From Amphiscolops sp. MND2022 (lineage: Eukaryota), in the NCBI GenBank assembly GCA_964187785.1, contig OZ076409.1, positions 62,436,001 through 62,500,000 on the forward strand: 64,000 nt of DNA, written 5' to 3'. The notes below the pieces were generated by a model. The model had not been told where the DNA came from and did no database searches. It saw only the letters and a list, made by a program, of their open reading frames with translations. The position numbers and the translations under genes were made by a program. Positions 38,228-51,420 of this stretch are shown here, in pieces (within the stretch, counting starts at the first letter, position 1; each line of letters starts with the position of its first letter).

Positions 38228-41200
38228 TCAACAGTTTTTTCCGGGCTTCCTTTTATTCCCTTTTTGACTACTCGTACCAGCACCAACTGACTTGCCAGAC
38301 GATGACAGAGGTTTTTTTCCAGAACCCGACTTTTGTACGTCACCTCTAAAATTCTTCGAACCCATATTCGATGAACTACATGCATCTGAGGTAGGAGTTG
38401 CGGCATTCACGCGGGCAAGACAATTTGCTTTGTTACACTCCACATAATGATGCTCATAAGACTTCCGACGCTCCAGTAAATATGTATCATAGGCTTTCCT
38501 ACTCAGTGAAACAAACGAAGCCACTCCGGGATCACAAACATCTTTCCAAACATCATAACCTGGGGTAACGAAAAATATACCAGCACTGGCAATGGCATCA
38601 CGAACTGCACCCAAAGTAGACTCTGTAAAAAACAAACGTGGACAATACCCAGGACTCAACACAAAACTTTGCACGAGCCGGAGACAGTCCTGAAAAATGT
38701 CCTTGCCAATCCTACTGCCCCCCAAGTCGAGGATCACCTGCGGTTGAACTCCGCAAGAACTACCCATAACCAAACAGCATAACTTCAATACGCGACAAAC
38801 ATGATGACGAGCTTGGAAACTAAAATCGTGTAGTAAATACTGCACCACATTAGAAATCTCGCTAGCAGTAATGTTGGAGCGATCGTGCTGCCTCCGCTTC
38901 TCAAGAATGTAATTGTTAAACTGCTCAACACTCGTTTTTGTCTCATCCGCAGCTAGTAACCCACATGACCCTAGCACACCAGTCAAATCGGCAAAAAGAC
39001 GAAACACTGCACTATCATCACCCTCGAGCATATTTTCAGGGCAAATACAGCTGAAGCCACGGGCCACTCTCGACGAAACTGCAGGATTCTTTAGGATGAC
39101 GAATACCAAACGATCAAGGAACTCTTTGCAGTGAACACGGAATTCCAAGACTCCACTCGTCTTACCAGCGGACAATAACCGACCGAAATCACAATTCTCA
39201 AGGAACGATTCAATTGGAGCGGGAGGAAATTCGGCCACCTTTTCGACATCCATATATTCCTCCCAGTCATGAATAGGAGGCAAACTGGAGATGTCTCGAG
39301 TCTTCATCAAGAGGCAGTAGACGAAATGACACAGCTCTCCGTATCCTGCCGTACATGGAAGCCTTAATCTGCCCGACACTGTTGTAACTTCTCAAACTTG
39401 AAGAAAACTAAAACAGAGAACTTACAATTTTTCATCAGACAGAAGATCGAAACTCAAATAACGAACAACAGTCGGAACAACAGATAGAATCCCAGACGCA
39501 ATCGATATACCCGAAGAACAATTCATCAGTCCAGAAATCATACTCACATGTATCGAGCACGAAACGTAACAACTCGAATCGATATGTAATTATATCATCA
39601 GCAACCAAATGCCAATCTGGACCTCGCATCTAAACCACACAACAAAACTACAAACAAAACAAGCCAATTCTCACTTCCACAAGACAAACATGCAATACTA
39701 ACACTATCGTCTTTCTCTTTTGCTTCGGGATTCCCAGTGCAGCGAATGTAAGGACGGACCGACGGCCACAGATCGATCAAATCATTCAACGGGCACGATA
39801 GTCACAGAAATTGACGGAACCCTGCCGAACACGCTTGCGCAACACTGGCTTACCCTCCGTCCACTCCTCGTACAACGCACTTTTTAGTCGCTGCACAACA
39901 TAATCCACAATCGTCACCACCTCCACCAAACCAAAGACATCCTTGTGAGCCTGTCGGAAGCACTGCAAGAAAACCTCTTCACTGAAGGATTGATATATGA
40001 CGAAGCGACGACCACCCTCGCGAATGTTTCCCAAAACCCGAACCAATGACGGACTAGCACCAGAAAGAGCAACTGGCAGCTGCTTAGTGGGAAGGCTTTA
40101 TACAATTCGCGACAAAGGCATCAACTCTGCATTGGGGACGGGCTGTTCTAAAGGCTCTTTTCCAATACACACCTTCTTCAGATGGTTTTCTTCCCAGCAA
40201 AGCACATAACGGAACTCCAAGGACGCTGACTTCTCGAATTGCAAACTCTACCCTCTCAAGGAGGTAATGTGCTTGACCATCAACCACAACACGCGAGGGG
40301 CCAAGGCTTGGCACATAATTGACTAAAATATAGACGCCATTGTCACCGCGACATACAACGCAGGAAATTCCAGCCGAAAAGAAAAGAAAAAGAGACAACA
40401 AATCCTACGCAAAACAAATAGGAAAAAGACGAACATCTTACCACGGTTTCGGAACGGCTCCAATTCAAAGCGAACTCAGTTTTCCGATGGCCCAAAGACG
40501 AACAAAAATGGCCCTCTCCCAGACAACCCACAAACGTCATGAACGTAACTTTAGATTCCACCCCAGAGTGTTTCTCAACAAGATCCTCAGGGAACGGGTA
40601 CTCTTTTTTAAGATCTTCGAAAGGTTTAGCCCGATATTCAGCCAACTGTGCCGCTGTCATTTCCATGGGTTCCATCAAACGATTAAGGACCGGCAAACCC
40701 ATGTGCACCCTGTAAGTCACGTCCTTGATCCAATGTTTGTCAGACTCAAAATGACGCCTAAACTCTCCGGAGCCCTGTGCTTTCATGGCCACATCACGAC
40801 AGCACACTCGACAATGGAAGTACGTCGCCTGACCGTTCTTTGCATCGCTCACGAAGCTCTTGTAGGCAGGGTGGAGATCTAACATGCGGCGATGCAACAA
40901 CTTACGGCTGCTGTATTTCTTGGGAGCTCTTTGGCCTCCAACCTTTTCGCTGAGTTCACGGAATCCTACAACACAAAAACGCTCCTAACAAAAAACAAAA
41001 AATTACAAAAACAAACAAGAGAAAGAAACGGAGGAGAAGAAACCACAACCCACAACCAGAAACCAAGCGAAAACAAAACGACAAACAGGCAATAAGCAAA
41101 AGAAAAGGCCCACAATTAAGCATTAAATTAGCAACATTTCAGTGCGGATAGTTTGCGAAGTCCGATTCCCCACCTCGTCCACCAAGCGCTGACTCAGCCG

Positions 41201-42063
41201 CATCAGCTCACTTGAAGTGACCAGCATATCATTTGCAGAGGCAGCCGGATCCTCTTCTTGACTGTCCCAACCTCCACGTGCTCGAATCAATGGTGGTGGG
41301 CTCGGAGGAGGAGCAACAGCTTTCATGGCTCGCTTAGGTGGCGTTGAAAAATTCACAGACGGCCTTGTATCGGAACAACTTTTAAACCCTAATAATACAG
41401 ATTCAACAAAAATACTACCCGCCATACCCTCGTCCTAAAGTAATACTTAACAATGTTTTCAACAACTAGCTTGATCTTTTCTCAGCAGGGGGATGGTCTC
41501 ACCTCCTTGAGACTCACTATCGGTAGACAGTCCGAGACTAACTCCAGCGCCCCCTGTAAGTACACGAGATCCACTTGTCACAGTAGCTGACAGAGGAATG
41601 TTGACAGAACCGCTAGGTACAGCAGGATGGGAAGTCTCAAGATCAGGAACAACCAAGGTGGAGACCAATGCCTCGTTAACGGAACTAGTCCGGAAAGCAG
41701 GAAGAACTTCGGAAATTGAAGGCAGAACAGTAATGGAAGTTCTAGTTATCTCCTCATTGGCTTTCAGGGACTCCCCCACTTGGGATACAGTGACAGTAGA
41801 ACAAATGACAGGTTGAGTTACTGAAAATTAAGATCTGGTTCAGACGCGTCAGGAAATCGGGTAAGACTACAAAGGCTGATCACCAAAAAAACAAAACCTA
41901 AATACCCATGGAAGTCAGAAAAATTTTGCCAACCTGGGACAGGAGGTCCAATATCGGAACCAGACGGAATTACATCGTCGTCGCTGAATCCAAAAACAGT
42001 CTCATTCCCACTGACAAAGCCTGTAGACGTAACAGGAGGAGGAACGCCCTCATCATTATCCAT
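38228..42063 (-). pseudogene. Antisense multi-exon hAT-transposase-like gene inside the Gypsy element; BED-like finger present, catalytic acidic residues apparently lost
   Basis: FHCRVC-x13-RHFESDKH finger; RSETV/SIMCQALAP..SLQFEK; LIDLWPSVRPYI; LEFRVHCKEFL...RGFSCICP; 383-aa ORF 38228-39379. Phase-0 GT-AG introns at 40441-40323 and 39702-39630, and a long pyrimidine tract ending at acceptor 40966. Confidence 0.6.
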
Positions 42064-42099
42064 CTTTAGAAATCAGTAGAAGAAATCTCCTCAGCAATC

Positions 42100-42650
42100 G
42101 AAAAAAGAAAAGAACATTTAGAAAAAATGAAGAAGAATTACGTTATGTGAACGCAACTAACTGACAGGAAATTAACATTATCACTCCTGTACAATTGAAA
42201 AGTTACATAATCTTCAACTTCAATAAAAGCCTAATATGGCATTGACGGAACAAAAGGTTTCCAGAACTCTCCAGGTGAATTAAAAGTTCACCAAGAAGCT
42301 CTGAAGAAACCCTTTCAAAAAGCCATTTCAGATATTACGCTTAGGAGCCGTATTCCCTTTGAAAGAAACTGATGACGTCATTACGACAAAGCTGAAACGA
42401 AACGAAACTAAAACGGAATTTTCTTTGAATTAATTAATCTACCAATCACAGAGAAGTTGAAAGTTCGTCGCCTTAAAAGGTCAGGACGGACCGGAACGAA
42501 AGCGGGAAAAATCAACCAATAAAATTCGAAGAGAACCACGACGGAAAAGAAATTGAAACGGTCATTTGTCGTCCAATTTTCAAAGAAGCTTGACCAGCAT
42601 TTTCTCTCTCCAAACTAACTGCGCAAATCTCCTACACGAATCAAAGTCTA
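42100..42650. promoter_or_regulatory. Candidate internal bidirectional promoter
   Basis: Lies between divergent ATGs (42063 on -, 42653 on +). CRE palindrome TGACGTCA at 42373-42380; CCAAT boxes at 42442 and 42516. Confidence 0.4.
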
Positions 42651-42652
42651 AA

Positions 42653-43355
42653 ATGGACGGCTACTCACTCGTCATAGACATATCTTCAGACGAAGAAAAT
42701 ATGAGACACAGCACCCCAATAAAAACCCTGCCACTCAACTTAATCAGGACGCTGAATATCAGCGATTCGTCCACGGAAGTTTATAGGGGCAGCGAAGCAG
42801 AATTAGACTCCACTTGGGAATCCGAGTGCTCTCCAAAGAGAGCGAAATTGTCACCTCAGAAGAAGAAATTAGCAAAAGTTACGTTTAAGCTGCCCGCCGC
42901 CGTTTGCAAACAAAAAAATAAATTGGACTCTGATTCTGACGATTTCTACGAAGAACCAGACTCGTCTTTAGAAGAAATGCATCTGAAAGCATCACGGAAA
43001 TCAAACGTCCAACCCGGGCAAGAAACCCAGGGAAGCAGTCTGAACGACCTCAACGAACCCACAAAACCCCCCGAAATTTCCCGCGAAGAAAAAGAACATC
43101 AAGAAGCTATGATCAGAGAACTAGAGGAAGAAGAAAAAAAATCGCCTATATGACTGCGGGTAGAGGGTCCCCATCAAATACGTAAATTCATCAGCCGCCC
43201 CCTGTAGTCATAAAGAAGGAGATCCTCATTGCCACAACCTTCCGGTGTCTATGGCTTCAAGAGGGGCCCTGTCACGGCCCGCTCCCGGCCGAGGATGCGA
43301 CTTCTGCTACGTGCTGGGCAGAGGAAGAGGCAGAGGGTATTGCAAATACCATTGA
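42653..43355 (+). pseudogene. Sense accessory ORF (about 230 aa when repaired) running into the 3' LTR
   Basis: Open 42653-43153 (LVIDISSDEE, PKRAKLSPQKKK, acidic tracts). Removing one A from the A-run near 43135 and reading through one TAG extends it across the PPT to ...GRGCDFCYVLGRGRGRGYCKYH* at 43355. Confidence 0.55.
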
Positions 43356-45396
43356 ATTGAAACCGCTAATGTATGTATGTGTAAACTAATCTAATTCTAC
43401 TCACAGTACAACTAAGATTAAGCGCAGATAAGCTGTTAAGTGAAAAATCCAACGTAAAGGGTACGGAATATTTTTCAAAAATGATTTTAAAACAGCGAAG
43501 TTTCCGGTTTAATGTTTTCACATGTAACGCTATATTCCATTTCCAGTTTCGTTTTCTAAATCGCCATACTAATCTAAATACTGAAACAGAAACATTCTCT
43601 AATAAGGGATCATTCTTTTTCTGCTCCACACTAAAATGAAAACATGAAAATGAAATTCGATTCCGAGACCCCAGCGGAATTCATACGATCTAAAATGAAA
43701 AGAGCATACAGATAAAATAGTGGAATTGTTTTCCAGCAATTGGATAGTTGTCAATATTCACTTAAGAATACAATGAAGCAACTTGAGAGAATGCTTACAA
43801 CGTTATGACAGCGTCACTCAATTAGATTAAGGAGTAGGTGTTTCTATTTTTATGGACCAATAGCGTCGTCTCCACCGTCTTTAGTTACCATAGCAACTCC
43901 AAGTGAGCGAGAGAATAAGAATGAGTTTGCTAACGCTGTCCGCTCTAACTCCACAAGCTAACACTGCTTAGCTATAACTAATCTTAATACGTACGGAGCA
44001 TCTACGGAGCGAATTGTAAGATTGTAATTCAATTGCTCAGCTATAACTAATCTTAATAACTACAGAGCATTTACGGAGCAGTTTGCGAAATTGTATCTGC
44101 AATGCATCATTTCAACCGAGTGTTAAACGAGGTTTTTCTGAATCGACGCATTTATTAATTTGTTAGGAATAAGACTTTATATAAAAAAATTGTACTGCAA
44201 GAAAGGAAGATGTAATCCATACCAACAGTGTTGTTTCTGGATGTGAATTGTTTCATTAGATTTTCACAATTAAGGATGAAGCAAAATTATTTACTACTCT
44301 TTCAATACCCTATGTAATTTTGTTGCCTTTTTACTATCAATTGTCAAAATGTCATACAATACTCATGAGTTGTTTATGTATATTAACGGATTGTTTCCGT
44401 CATGCAATTATTTGTCCCAATACTGTTGTTATTATGTTCTGTTGCTGCCCCAATGATATTTACTGTCAAGTTAAATGCCATCTTAGCATCGTTTGTCCTC
44501 TATTAGCTTTTAAATTATTGCCATTCCCAATTTCCGTTTCAGTTCCGTTGATATTTTTGAGTGTCATACTTTTGCCTCGAGCGTTAAATTTTCCAACTTG
44601 GGAAATGACTAATTGATCACGCCGGCGTACCTTCGTCGATGAAAATTTCGCCTAGATTTTTATTTTGCCGCAATTTTGAGACTCAAACAGGAAATGGAAC
44701 TGTCTGAACAAAAATGATTTCAACAAATGTCACGGAAAAGACACGCAACTAGGAATTTCGATAGCTGATTTTACCACGCGGGACTGAAATGATTTGAGTC
44801 ATTAGCGCTTTTTGATGAACAAACCTGGTTTTTGTGATACTTAGGAATTTTTAGATGAGGAACAAACGATGCTGGGAAAGTATATAAGTGTTTGCATGTA
44901 AATTTAAGTTAGTTAATTTTGTAATCGCTCTTGTAGTAAAACGTTTCGTTGAGTCAACGTAAAACCACTCCTTTGAAGAATTCACTCTTTCCAGAGACCT
45001 TCTTTCCACTACCTAAAATGACAACTAGAAGTTAGAAAAGAAAAGCAGTAGCAGAACTAGCTTCTGGAGATTTCGAAACCCCTGTAGTCGAAAACAACTC
45101 TGATGAAAACCTAATTGCTGGACCTAGTAAAAACCCTAGAATAGAGCCTGGGAATCTCGAAGAGATAAAAACATCTTTGAGAAGAGAAATCATGACTGAT
45201 TTAACCAAAACACTCGCAGAAAACCAAAAGGAGATATTCAAATTGATAGCACCGCTAAGCAAGAAACGTTCAGTTTCCGCAATTGTCCAGGAATCTGACT
45301 CTGAGCCTGAAGATGTCCCTGTAGCTAGAACGTCTACACCCGTGAAAACTAATACTGCGACTGGTTCTAAAACAACACCGGTAAACAGTCGTAACA
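43270..45396 (+). repeat. 3' LTR of the Gypsy element
   Basis: Colinear with the 5' LTR and followed by the TSD AGTAC. Confidence 0.96.
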
Positions 45397-45649
45397 AGTA
45401 CAGTACTTCATTTGCAGCCGAGTTGTCTATCGATTATCAACTTGGAGCTGTGATTCCGAAACGACTTCGGAAATGTCAAAAAGTATAATTGCACGACTTT
45501 ACTCTTTTGATTTTTGTTTTCTATTCGCACCAAATTCGTTTGTTTTATTACCAGACAACAAAAGATTCGAGCATTCATTCCGCACCATCAAAATGTGAAT
45601 ATCTAAACGTTTTATGATTCAAAGTTTAATTTTTCGACTAAATCTGTTT

Positions 45650-48600
45650 TTTCACAAAAAACACCTGAGTTGCGTGAATCGAAGCTAGAAACAAGATTCC
45701 TATAATGTATGAATAACATCTCCAGCTAGAAGAAGTCACGCGTTTTTGTAAATCAGCGGAGGATATTCATTAACGTCAGATGTCTGTTTTGTAAATCACT
45801 GTTCTGTGAATTTCTCTGAAAAATATTGAATTGAATCTAGTATCTTTTCGAAAGTGGAGAGGTTATGCGTCCTTAACCAATCATCTGAATCAAAGGTTGT
45901 CGTCATCTTTCGAAGAGAAGTCTCTTGCCAAGAAAAGACCGATGAACAAAACTAATGAAGGCAAGCAAAAGTGAGGAGTCAAGCAGAAAATAAGCAAAGT
46001 TTTTTTCCACTGAACCACTCCTCACTCAGAAATCAATTTCAGAGATAAGAAGCGAGTAAACTTTTTTCAAAATTCGGTCTGAAACTTTTTGTTGCTTTTG
46101 TAACGTTTTTTGCTGTTTTTCGTAGGCTCAGTACAATTGAGTTTGAATGAGAGAAAGAGACAAAAGAAAAAAAGAGTACACAGAGGAAAAACGTTTTCTT
46201 GGAAAGTTTTTTTGGAAGATTTCAAACACACTTCAGAGAAAAACATCTAGGATTGACAACAAGTCTTGGTGAATGTTTTTCTAACTGACGTTAAATAGCA
46301 TTTCTTTCTTTTGAGCACTGCATAGCATGACAGGAAGAAATAATTGTTCTGGACTTGTTGTTGCTTCAAAGCGCCAGTTATTCGAGTTTTTTGGTAAGTA
46401 TTTTTGCGATCCTGAGAGACGTCGTTGTATGCAAAACAATCGACGTAACACTCTCACAATGTCGAGGAGCACGAAGCCAGGTTTACAAGGCTTTAAAGAT
46501 TTTAGTGTCAATGCGAATTCAGGAGACTCAGAGATAAAATGTTAACTGTAAATGATTAACAAAACATTGAACGAACAAAATAAGAGCAGTATTTTGATAC
46601 GAAACCTTCTTTTTGTTCTGTATGATGAAAAAATTCGCTCGGAGTCCAGAAAACTTTGTTTCTTTACAGGTTGATACTTTGTATGAGCAAGCAAAGCAAT
46701 GCAGCACCTTCACCTATGGCATGAACGAGTTGGTCATATTAATAACATTGATTTTCGAAATTAGGCAGAGGCTGTAGTTGAAATGAAGTTAGTACAAGGA
46801 CCAAACGAATTTTGCAAAATGCGTAGTGGTTACCGATGAGCCGTCATGTAGGAACTAGAGTGAAAAACCTCAAGACATGGTTCACTTAGTTATATCACCA
46901 GTAATCTGGTTGTCGAATAATTCCTTGAAGTACGCTCTGGGTTTCATTGATAGCTTCAGCAGACTCGGTACTGTTCATTTAGTAAGAACAAGAGACGAAG
47001 TCGCAACAAAGTTTTCAAAACTTCTAGCTGAGCTTGAAAAACCTCGCAAATAATTCTTTGTTAATGTTAAAGAGTTCAAATTTGGAAATTCCGTGGACAT
47101 TTGTTTAGCAAAGAATCCAACAGGAGTTTACTTGTGAATTTACAGCTTAAAAGAACAGTAAAATAGAACGAGTTTGGAGAAAAATCGGCGCGTTGGCTAG
47201 GAGTGTATTGAAGACAGCAGGCCTAACTGAATTTTTTTGGTGGTCGCCTGCAAGGCGAACAGCTTTCTTCTTAAAAAACCGGTGCCTTCACTCTGCTCAT
47301 GGCGTAACACGATTAAGGAAATGTTTTGACAAGACACCAGATGTGTCTCATTTTCGAGTTTTTGGATTTCAAGCATTCATTTACTTAGAAAACCCAAAGC
47401 AAAACAACTTTGGAAATGGTTGTTCGGATAGTTTTTTTTACTAAGCAACAGCAACCATTTCAAGTCATATTTGATGGCACTGAGCAAATCACGAAAAAGA
47501 ACAGCAATATTCAATTCAACGAGACTATTTTTCCAAGTAAAACTCACCGAAAGTGACTGTGAATCTGTCTTTGAACTCAACGAAAGGCGAGTGAAATTGA
47601 TATGAAAAGCACAGAATCTGTCGTCGATGGACAAAACTTGATAAGCGACGTTAGTGAGTTGCAAAACCGTGATTTAGGTGGTGATACAGAAATTTTGGTT
47701 TATGAAATATCAGACAAGACTAACACACAAATTCCACCGCGTACTTCGATTGTGCATACTATGATTAGATACGCACGAAAATCGCAGCCGCCCAATAGTT
47801 ATACCCCAAAAACCAACATCAGCTTGTCCTACGAATACAGTCGATAAATTAAAACACCCGCATATCATAGCGATTATATTGACCAAGAGTTCTCGAAAAG
47901 CATTGAAGAAGTACTTTCCACTCCAGGGTGGCATCGTGCGATGAAAGCGCAATACAAATCTTCACAGAAATGTAGTGTGAGATATTGTTTCAATGGCTGA
48001 ATGGAAAAACGCTCTTGAATGGCGTTTTGCATTTAAGCGTAACAGTAAAAAAACAGCACAAAGCAAAGTATGTAGCCAGAGGATTCAAACAAACGGAAGG
48101 ATCAAACTAATGGTCCCACCATGAAAAATGAAAATGGTAACATTTCGAGTATTGCTGAGTTCATCATTTCGAAATGAAATGAAGATGGAAGAGTTAGATA
48201 TAAAAACCGATACCTTGAACGCATGTATAGAGGAAGATATTTTTGTAGATGAGCCACCAGGATTTGTCAGAGAACACTGACGGGAACAATTGTGTTTGTT
48301 CATCGAAAAAATATTTTATGGAGTGGAGGAACCATGTCGTAACTGGTTCAATACACATCCAGATTGTTTGCTTAGCATTCAATTAAAGCCGAGCAAAAGT
48401 GATCTCTGTTTGTTCTTGAGGGATCAAAAGAGTCGTAAGGATTTCGTAGCAAGTTGGTTAGTTGAATTATTCTACTGTAGCGACTATAATAGTTTTTACG
48501 AAAACTTTGAGAAACCTCCGGTCACGCCAAATTTGATCAGCGAAGTTGACGACTTGATAATGCAATTTAGACGAGAAAAAAGCAGTTTGAAAACTTTCTA

Positions 48601-49590
48601 AAAAACTACTACGAAGTTTCTAGAATGGAGGATGCGAAAAGACTTTTCACGCCTGTTGTTGAAAAGCAACGAATCAGTGAGTCAGAATGTCCCGATGAAA
48701 GCAGCCAAGAACGAGGAGAGGAGGTGGAAACTGTCAGCACGGAAGGATTGGTTGCTTGAATTACGCAGTGAGTACAAAATGGAAACATAACTTTCGCGAT
48801 GAGTGCTTTGAGCCAATCCATTCACAATCCAGGCCCTGATTTAAGGAAAACACATTTCGAGGTATCTAAAGGTAAGAAAGTGCAGGAAACTGACGAACAC
48901 AAAATCCGAAAACTCAAGCTCACAGGCTTCAGTGATGCAGATTGGGCACAACAAAAGTTAGACGATAAGAAGTCCACCAGTAAATTTTGTTTCTTTCTCA
49001 ACTCAGACTCAGATGCAATTAGTTGGATATCGAAGTCACAGCGAAGGGTAGGGACCTCAAGAGCTGAGGCGGAAGCGATGTCGTTATGTTCAGCTTTTCA
49101 AAAATTTGAGTTTCTGCGAGGACTAGCAAACAAGATAGGAATAAACACAAAAAAGCCCACTAAGATACAAGTGGACCATCAAGATTGTATCGCAATATCT
49201 AAAATTACAGTGAAGTCTCAAAAATGAAACATCCTGCAATCACATTGAGGTACATACCAGAGAAAATACAAAGATTGCTGACTTGCTAACTAATCTGTTG
49301 CCAAAATTAATGGTTGAAATGTTCAGCAAAAGAATCTCCTGAGAACGTTACCTTCAGTCAAGCTCCGAAAAGGGGGAGTGTTGAGATATAAAGGAGTCAT
49401 AGCATGTTTCGAAGCTGGAAAAAACTTTTTAAATATGTGTGAACAACTTCTCCAGTTAGAAGAAATCACACATTTTGAATTTCATCAAGAAATTATCAAT
49501 CCTGTCGGATGTTTGTTCTGTGATGCAGTTTTTGTTACATTCTTTGAATATAATTGAATTAAAGTCATCAAATCTTCGTCTCACCCAACC
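45650..49590 (+). mobile_element. Old, heavily decayed Ty1/Copia element (second family)
   Basis: LWHERVGHIN near 46715; IN ERVW...ARSVLKTAGL, KTPDVSHFRVFG; RT EEDIFVDEPPGF; RH GFSDADWA...AISWISKSQ...TSRAEAE. PPT aaaagggggag then TGTTG at 49379. Diverged LTR pair near 45650-45860 and 49379-49590. Confidence 0.8.
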
Positions 49591-50124
49591 TCAAAAGTCA
49601 AGAGTTGGTAAATGTTCTTCAATATTCAACATTTTCGTTTCTTGGATCTCTGCTGACATGAACAACCAATCATCGAAAATGCAAAATGAACTTTTCGGTT
49701 TCTTCATTTCTTTTTTCAAACAAAGCATATTGTTTGGAAAGTGAGCGAAGTAGCCAAAATCAATGGTTCTTCAATGAAATGGACTGCGATTCCCGCAGAA
49801 ACTTCCAGAACTTGAACAAAAAATTTATAGCACTGAAAACCTGACCCTGACTTGCATTGGACGCAAATTACGTTAAATTTTAGAAAAAAAAACCGATAAC
49901 GTTATACAAGAAAAAAACGTTAAATCCGAACTTTGAAAACGTTACATCCGAACTTTGTGTTTTTGTCGGAGAGGACTCCTTACAACTTTTTGCAGCTCAA
50001 ACATAGTATCAATATTGTCAAAAGGGACATTGCTAACATAAAGCCTCAAAATCTGTCACTTCGTTTGTCTTGAAAAAAGTTACTACCATAGTCGTCTCTG
50101 TCTACCAAACCACTGAGTAAAACC

Positions 50125-51420
50125 TCACCGAAAATTCAGTTTTGCGTTTTGCGTTTTGCGTTTCAGTTTGATAGTGGCTTTAACTCCTTTAATCGCAGAC
50201 GAGACTTTTACATCAGATAAAGACGCGTTGTGAGTGTGATCAAATCGGGTCACGCCTCTGCCGATCAACCCGAATTCTTTCTCGGACTCGATAACTGCAA
50301 CGTCAACGTGATGAATTTTTACCCATGGGATCTCACACTTTGAAGGACCAAGATGAAGCATTCTGCCTCCATCATACGCTTCAGTCCATCGTGGGCTAGT
50401 GCTCAAGGTTGGAGAGCCAATTGTCCGCCAATTTTTGTTGCGATAATGGCCACTAATGAACCAGTGACGTTCTGCATTCGAACGTCATGACCATTTACCT
50501 TGATGCTATGAAATTCAGCTGTGCTTCCACTGTCATGGATCTCTTCTACAGTTGCGATTTGTTCTGCATATTACAGGGTTTCTTTGGATGAGGAGGTATC
50601 TTCGAATTCTTGGTATTCACAAGTATTGTACACTGACTCGTTTGATTTTCGATAGGTTTTCCCCTCAGTTCGCGAGGCTTCTTGTCTTTTAGCTTTGCAC
50701 ATTCCGGAGTAGTGTCCTCGCTTCGAACAATTGTGATACTCATAAAGTGGGTGGAATGGTTTTCGTCCAAACTGCTCTGGCTTCCGTCGGCGAGTCAGAT
50801 CTTTATTATTCTTGGGGTCACATTTTTCTGCATATGCAACTACACTTGAAATTGACTGATGCACTGCGCTCTCAGCAAATCTTTTTGCCTGGGTTCTATA
50901 TTGAATGAGAAGAAACAGTTGTTCCACAGTCAAGTTGTTGTTTGCTCTGAATGTCTCAAGCGACTTGAGATTGGATTCGCTGTCTCGTAGTCCGGCGATG
51001 AATTGTATTCGGATCATTTCAGCTTCAGGATGCAGGGAAGCTTTGAGATCGGCAAACTTGCAATAATGCGCAGCATTTCGAAGCCTGACAAGGTAGTCGG
51101 TTTCTGCTTCTTCTCCCCTCTGAGACAACTGAAGGAAGCCGGTGCGTTCTGCAACCACCAGTCTCTCTTACGGTTTCCAGTAATTTATGGGATCCTTACT
51201 GATGTTTATGAATTTCATGTCTTCAATGTTTCTGGGCGCAACAACGAGATACTGAGCTTTATCAAGGCTTCGAGTCCGCATTGGCTCATGAAGAAATCCG
51301 TCACCTGATAATTGTTTGCTATGGCAGCGACAGCTGGCGGTCCACTAGTTTCAGGTGTTGCGTCGATGTCCCTTTTCTTTTCAACAAGCCTTGAGCCACA
51401 TAAGTGCTTTGATCAGGTTC
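50125..51420 (-). pseudogene. Gypsy gag-protease remnant
   Basis: SQRGEEAETDYLVRLRNAAHYCKF...MIRIQFIAGLRD; knuckle remnant HNCSKRGHYSGMC; decayed protease (TGSLVAII, GLIGR). Confidence 0.75.

Larger units (their letters stand above)
29672..45396 (+). mobile_element. Full-length 15.7-kb Ty3/Gypsy LTR retrotransposon with an accessory region
   Basis: LTRs 29672-31798 and 43270-45396 (both 2127 bp, TGTCACG...CGTAACA). TSD AGTAC at 29667-29671 and 45397-45401. PBS tggtgacag at 31799. PPT aagagggg before 43270. Confidence 0.96.

Noticed and set aside
38050..43270. env gene in the Gypsy element
   Set aside because: No plus-strand ORF with a signal peptide, furin site or transmembrane anchor.
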